Source: the human T2T-CHM13v2.0 reference genome, Homo sapiens. Taken from it: a DNA stretch of 64,000 nt. The stretch is from NCBI RefSeq assembly GCF_009914755.1, contig NC_060930.1; one strand, written 5' to 3'. The translations under genes were made by a program, and so were the position numbers. Below are positions 57,359 through 64,000 of this stretch, piece after piece. Position 1 is the first letter of the stretch, and every line of letters begins with the position of its first letter. The notes under the pieces were generated by a model, which did not search any database, was not told the origin of the DNA, and was given only the letters and a program-made list of their open reading frames with translations.

Positions 57359-58249
57359 TCCAGAAGAGTCGCAAAAGCAGGGCTGGTAAAGGCAAGGTCA
57401 AGGCCTACGGCAAAAATAGAGGTCTATAGGACTTGCATAGGTCCTTTAACTCTCCCCCATACTTAGTCAATGATCCAAGAAATTCTTCTGAGAACATAAC
57501 TCATTTTATAATTAGTAATTGGAAAATTGATTCACTAGTCACGTTAATAAAAACAAATCCATTCCTCTCATGAATCCTCCAACGTGAGAATCATCCTGTG
57601 ATGCAGGTTAAATAGCAAGCCTTCTCCTGGTGCATTTACAGTGATTTAATCTGCGTAGGTTCAAGAACTTGTCTAGGGTGGGCATGGCTATGTGCAGAAC
57701 CTCAATTTGTAATAAATTTCCTGGAATGTAATTTGTATTTTTCTTAGATTTGAAGGAGGTCAAAACATTTTTCATACCTATTATCCTACCTCACTACTAA
57801 TGAAAGTCCCTGATTGGGCAGTGAGATACAACAAGGTTTTAACAGAAGAGATTTGGAAAAAAAAACTGAGTTTTTGGTCAGAATAAGGTTCACCCAAAGT
57901 CTAGTGGGTCTGAAAAACAAGATTTTCAGATCCCTCACAGGATTTGCACATCCCTCACAGGGTTTGAGGTGACCTTAGAACCTTCTTATCTGACTACCCA
58001 TCCAAGACTGTCTCAAAACCCTTTACAGCAGCCCAGCCAAGCAATGATCCTGCAGCAGCTGTTGCTCAGTACAGGAGAGTCTGGTGACTCCTGGGGCATC
58101 CACTATTATTCAGACAGTACTTCGAATGTCCAGTGTGTCTCCCTTTAACTTCTAGTTCCTGGGCCATATAGTCCAACTTATATCCCTCTTCTGCCATATC
58201 TTAATCCATTTTCTGTAACTAACAGAATACTTAAGGTTAGAATGGGATG

Positions 58250-58480
58250 ACAGTGACTACCACTTGGTGACCATGTACTGTGTGCTAGACATTCTAACAA
58301 CATTGTACTTTAGTCCTCTTAGCACCCTTAGGAAATAGTTGTGAATCCCCATTTTATATATCAAAAAGCTGATGATTGGAGCGGAAATCATGAAAGTTGC
58401 CCAAATGCTCTTAGCTTGTAAGTAGTTAGGCTAAATTCTAACCCAAGATTGACTTGAAGGCAATATGATGGCTTCCACGA
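58250..58480. mobile_element. MIR fragment
   Basis: tactgtgtgctagacattcta...ccccattttata...gttgcccaa...ttctaacccaag. Confidence 0.55.
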
Positions 58481-59147
58481 CCATCCAGCTTCTTCCGAAA
58501 GCTTCAATTTCTTAAGCTCTTTCTTATAAGCCCCTTTTCCTGCCAGCTTACATTTCTCCCTCAATCCCATCTATCTCTGTCTTGCTTAATGTACTTCACC
58601 TCCAGAAGTCTTTCTTGGACTATATCCTATCTAGAATCATCATCTGGAATGTTACGCTTATCCAACTACCTTTGAAAGTATTAGCCTGCCTCCCATATTG
58701 ACTCTGAAATTCTCTATCATAAAAGACCATTATCTCCCAACACATTTCTGTTGCTCTCACCCTGGGATAGGATGTTAATTTCAGCACCAAGACAATAATT
58801 TTGTCAGACTCCAAGCAAGTAAGCAACATTAGATCAGCATCTGTCAAAATAAAGTTAGCATGTACTGTGAATTGACTGATACAGTGAAATCAAGATTCCC
58901 ACAGTTCAGTAATTCAGTCAAGGTACATTATATTCCAGATACTTCCTGTGCCACTTCCTGGCTTATAATGTATTGTGTTCTGAAATTCCATGGAATGCCT
59001 GTTCCTAAGGGCCAACATCAGATTTGGCATTGCCATCCATGGAAAACTGATAGATTTGGCAGACAGTTGTCCTCAGGCTTGGGCACCCAAAGGACCTTGC
59101 TTGAACCCATTAATATCTTGAATCCAAGAGGGCCATCATATGTGCCA

Positions 59148-59487
59148 TGTCTTAATCCATTTTCTGTAACTAACAGAATACTTAAGGTTAGAATAATTTA
59201 TAAAGAAAATTCTTATACAATTCTGGAGCTGAGAAGTCTAAAGCTGAGGGGCTGCATCTGGCAAAGGTCTTTCTTCATCATCCCGTAGCAGAAGGCATCA
59301 CATGGTGAAAGGGCTTGTGAGAGAAGGCCAAACTGGCTTATGACAGACCCACTCATGACCCATTCCCCTCAAGAACCCAATCCATTAATCCGTGAATGGA
59401 TTAATCTATTCATGAGGGCTGAGACCTCACAACTCAGTCACCTCCCAGAGGTCCCAACTCCCAACACTGCCACATTGGACCATGGCA
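59148..59487 (-). mobile_element. MST-like MaLR solo LTR with a short deletion near one end
   Basis: tgtcttaatccatttt...cacattgg|accatggca; TSD tgcca (59143-59147) / tacca (59488-59492). Confidence 0.82.
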
Positions 59488-61432
59488 TACCACCAGTTCC
59501 AGCTACTTGCCCCAGTGAGGTGAGTAAGCCTCTGCCTCCACCCCATTCAGGCTCCTCAGGGAGCAGGACACTCGCAGGGGCTCTTTCCTCATTTTCCACT
59601 CTTGTTTGATCCACTGAATCACCTGTAGGGCAGCACTCTTGACCATACTGTTCATAGCAGAAGGCCAAGGAGTGGTGATTATTATGCCCACACTAGGGGC
59701 AAAGGCAGAGATTTCCATCTAATCATTCCATTCCGATGACTCAGGATTCATGTTAAATGAGCTCTTGGGGATTTCTTATTAGTCTCAGTCAGGATATCAA
59801 GAATGTGGCATTCCCATCTTAATAGATGAAAATTGGGCAGAATCATGCTGCTTTCAAACCACAAAGTCATACAGCAAGTAAGCAGCCAAGTGAGCCATTG
59901 GAATCAGCTATCTAAGCCAGATCGATGGCTTCCTCAGGCCACCTCAAGTCTGAGTGTCCAGTGTCTTAAATTGGGTTTTGACAGAGGAGACCCAAGCTCA
60001 AGATTTGAGCAAGTTATTTAGAGGGGAGCCAAGGAAAGGGAGGGAAGAAGTGAGACAAAGGGAAGATAGTCAACAATTGGTGTGTTAGCAAGCTTATTAC
60101 CACCAAGGGTAACTGGAGCACACCTTTACAGGGGAATTCTGAGAGCCAGTACAGGACACAGAGTTGTTGCCATGGAAGGAAGAGGCAGCCGGGGTATTCA
60201 TACATCAGCTCCTGTAAGTCATCGGCTGAGGACTTCTCTCAGTGGTGTTAGTTCCCTAGCCTTCTGGCTGGCCATGTGCTAGATTTCAATAGCTAGAGAA
60301 AGCTCTCAGGTGAAGAGTCATAGATGCTAGTCAGTAGTTGAGCTAGGGGGCACTGAAGTGGTAAGAACGAGTGGATGTGGGCAGGCCACCAACACTGTCT
60401 TACTTAAATGAGTTTCTCACCCATAATGCCAAAACTGATAAACATGTTGTGATGCACTTCAAATAGGTGTTAAGATATCCACGCTTCAGAGCTTTGGAAT
60501 CTCCAATCAGGTGGGATCCTGAGACTCTGGCCCTAATATCTGTGGGGACAGGCTTAGCTCAGTCCTGAGGTGGCATCTACAGATGTGTATTCACCAAGGT
60601 AGAGCATCTGCTACAAATATGGGGGCCAAGAAGCTTTTTTTCCCTCTGGAGTTGATTCTCAGCATGAGTCTATGTCAAGGTTTGGCAAACTACAGAAAGT
60701 GCCAAACCTTAAGTATTCAGGATGTGAGGGCCAAGTGGTCTGTCAACTAGTTAATTCTTCTGTTGTAGCTTGCCCCAGCTGCCATAAACAAACAACACTG
60801 GGCAAACCAGGATGGGTTGGTCATCTGAGCTAGGAGTGTGTGAATCAGCCACTGTGGAAGCAGATGATCCAGTCCCAGTCAAGCCTGCAGATGAAACTCC
60901 TCAGATACCCTGTGTCCCAGATGCCCAACCCACAGAAACCATCAGGTCATAAATGTTTAAGACACTAAGTTTTAGGGTAATTTGTTATGCAGCAATAGAT
61001 AAATAAAAGCACATAAGAGACCAGCCTTTTAGCCAGCTCTTGGGAATGAGCTTTGATAGGGATACAAACACTTGAAGAGGAAGCTAAAACTCTGTACCCA
61101 TGTGTCCCACTTGCTCCAGATAAACTCTCTATCTTTCCCCACTCTACCTTGGAAGGCTGAGCTGTGTGAATGGCATCAATTGGGCTCCCTGCCCTGTCTC
61201 CTGGCTGTTTTCAGTTCATGGGGAAACTGGAAAGAATAGCAGGGAAGGGCAGGAGGGTCACCTCCAGCTGAGTGTACCCTTGGCAAAAAGTCACTGTTCC
61301 ACTCAAGGCTGTATTTTCTTCTGAACTGGCTCCCTGGGTTCTGGTGACCTCCCCAGCTGGACACCCCCAATACCTTTGGGCTCAGGTGTGGTAACAACTT
61401 CATTGATGTTTTTGATCATTCTTTGTGCTTCC

Positions 61433-61780
61433 TGCTATGGTCTGAATATTTGTGTTCTTCCAAATTCATGTTGAAATCCTAAACACTCAAGGCAGTGTTA
61501 TGTGGTGAAGCCTTTGGGAAGTGATTAGGTCATGGGAGTAAAGTTATCATGAATGGGATTAGTGCCTTTATAAAAGAGACCCCAGAGAGCTCCCTCACCC
61601 CTTCTGTCAATTGAAGACACAGCAAAAGGTGTCATCTATGAAGCAAGTCCTCACCAGATACCAGATATGCCAGACCATTGATCTTGGACCTCCCAGCTTC
61701 CAGGACTGTGTGAAATAGACCTCTGTTTATAAGCCACATAGTTAATGGTATTGTTATAGAAGCTCAGATGGACTAAGACA
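61433..61780 (+). mobile_element. MLT1A0-like solo LTR
   Basis: tgctatggtctgaatatttgtg...cttataaaagagaccccagagagctccc...ggactaagaca. Confidence 0.88.
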
Positions 61781-64000
61781 GTTCTTCTATGACCCACAGC
61801 TTCAAAGTTAGCTCTTTTGGAAGTCAACATTTTTTTAATGATTCAAATTTGACTGAGCCATCAGTTCCCTATCAGGGCCCCTTTGACAGATCCCAAGAGC
61901 TGAGTGACTGCGGAGCTCCGCCAGCCTCAGTGTCAGCAGCATCCCTTGGCAGACAGCTCCCTCTAGCCCCTCCAGAGGCAGGGGGATTTGGAAGTTGGTC
62001 CCAACTTAACTGATAGTTGCCTCTAGGAATGGAAAAAATAGCCCTAGAAGCAGCATTTTAGGCCATTCAATGATCCCTGGCATCAATGTGCCTGAAAATA
62101 GCCTCTGCCAATGGGCTATGCCCCAAGAGTGAGTGGCATATGGTACAGCAAACTGCAGGTTTTGTGAAAGAGCCTCAGGGGCAATATCTAGGCCACAGAG
62201 GCTTGGAATCCTCAGCTAGGCAGGATCCTGATTCTCAGAGAAATCTGGCTCTGGGCTTAGAGCTCAGTCCTAGGGTTACCCAGGCACATTTCTGATTACC
62301 TTCCCAACTATAGCTGGGCAAAAGCAGGCAATGCAAGCCTCATCTTTCCAGACTGCAGCTCAAGGAGACGAGTGACATGGTGCTCAGGTAGCTGTATACC
62401 AGGTGGTTGGGGACAAAAGCAAATAGGCCCTCAGTCTCATCCTGACACACAGCGCAGCCTTGAATAAGTGCCTGCAGATCCCCATTTGCAGCTGGGGAAA
62501 GACTACGGGAGCCCCAAGATGACTGCAGCTTCTCCTGAGCTCAGTACACAGCCATTCCTTGTCTGTGGGGCTATGACAGGAAGCAGGGGGATGGTGAGAG
62601 CAGCCTGATCAGAAGGACTCAGGGTGACAGCATAATCCAGTTCCTCCAAAGCAGAAGCACCATTCAGATGATCACAGAGGGGAACACCAGGGGCCAAGAG
62701 AGGGAAAGCACTCTATTTAGGGAATGGCAGTTTTGCTGACGCTCAGGTACTAGTGTATATCTAATTATCCAGATTCTTAATGTATTTCCTGCTCTGCAAT
62801 CACTAGTCCCATGCCTAAGGAGGATACCTATAGTAGGCTTATGTGTCCTCAGTCTGAGTCTGGCTGTCTTAGGGAGGAGGGGACACCAAGGATGTGCCAA
62901 GGAGGCTGAGTGTAGGTTCAAGCTGAACGTCTGAAACAAATTCAAATCGCACTTTACAGACTAACAGGAACTATTGTGATCCATCACAGAACCCCATTGT
63001 CTCATGTAGGAGTAGCTCCTATTCTACCTTATCAGGGATTCCGGGGTTGTCATTCTTTCCATCCATAGTCTGGGGTCTGTACATTGGTCAGAGAGCAGCC
63101 CCATCCTATAGGCTACCAGAGCCACAACTGGGAAAGTGTTTTAAACATGGAGATGTGCCAATCCAGATCTACCAAGAAAGGACTTGAGTTCATCTCTTCC
63201 TTGGGCAGTTTGTGCCCAGTGACAGAGGGGTAAGATGTAGAGGGCTGCTCATTTTGGCCCAAAACTGGAGGGCAGGAGTGGCTGCAGAGTTCCCCACAGG
63301 ATCAGCTGAGGCTCTGTTGAGTTTGCATTATTATTCAAATTCTATTCCCCTTTCTACTTCCTCCCTGCTTTCATAGGCATTGACCTCTAATCAACACCTT
63401 GCACCCCAAAGTCTGTCCTGGAATCTCCCTGTAATGGGGAGAAACTTAACATATGGAAGAGTTGCATCCTTTAAATCCAAGAAAATCTGGATGAAATGCG
63501 GCATTACACAACAGGGCCCGAGGGGACTCAGAACAAAAGGTACAGTACTGACAACTGACTATGCCTTAAGCTTGTGTCAGTCCAACAGCTCCCTAGCTCT
63601 GGCCTGAGGAGCACAGCAGTTCCCTACCACCCCTGAGCAGAGCACCTTGGTGCAGATGGGACTGTTCCCCCCATAAAGGGCAAGGTCACCTTTCTCCTGG
63701 AACAAGTTGCATTCACCAACTTCCTGTGCTGCTAGCCAGCTCCCTTCACTGGAACCCTGTTGTGATGTACTTAGGCATGTCCTCAGGAGCCTCCTGTTGC
63801 TCTTCTCCCTGGGAGGATGCTCCAGTCACTGAACTGTTTAATCATCCCACTTAGAGCAGCATCATTTGGCACCACTGTAGAGTTTTCCTTGACAGCACTC
63901 AAGGGAGTCTCATACAGGGCCGACATGCACATAGACCACTGGAGACAGCACCAGCCATGTGCAGACAGCCTTGCACACTGCCATGTGACAGGCACGCACA

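Noticed and set aside
57115-57429. Cys/Tyr/His-rich ORFs
   Set aside because: They are translations of the TA/CA microsatellite.
58860-59718. 142-aa ORF and neighbouring ORFs
   Set aside because: They cross an MST LTR boundary. The flanks may be decayed ERVL-internal sequence, but I could not support that well enough to list it.

Overview
Primate (catarrhine/human-like, since AluY is present) non-coding DNA, densely covered by interspersed repeats: Alu, L1, L2, MIR, MaLR/ERVL LTRs and DNA transposons. I find no intact protein-coding gene and no RNA gene. The main structure is a three-level nest at about 15.9-24.1 kb. A processed beta-tubulin class I (TUBB) retrocopy sits in a MER5-like DNA transposon. 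The retrocopy is itself split by a 6315-bp antisense two-LTR class I endogenous retrovirus (16504-22818; GTAT target duplication, tRNA-Pro PBS, ERV3/HERV-E-type env TM), which has lost integrase and env SU through an internal deletion. Other items worth checking are a truncated MADE1 inside an Alu, a 52-bp near-perfect local duplication that includes an LTR edge, and several microhomology-type deletions. I see no evidence of a new biological system. Repeat subfamily names come from recalled consensus sequences and should be confirmed with RepeatMasker/Dfam.
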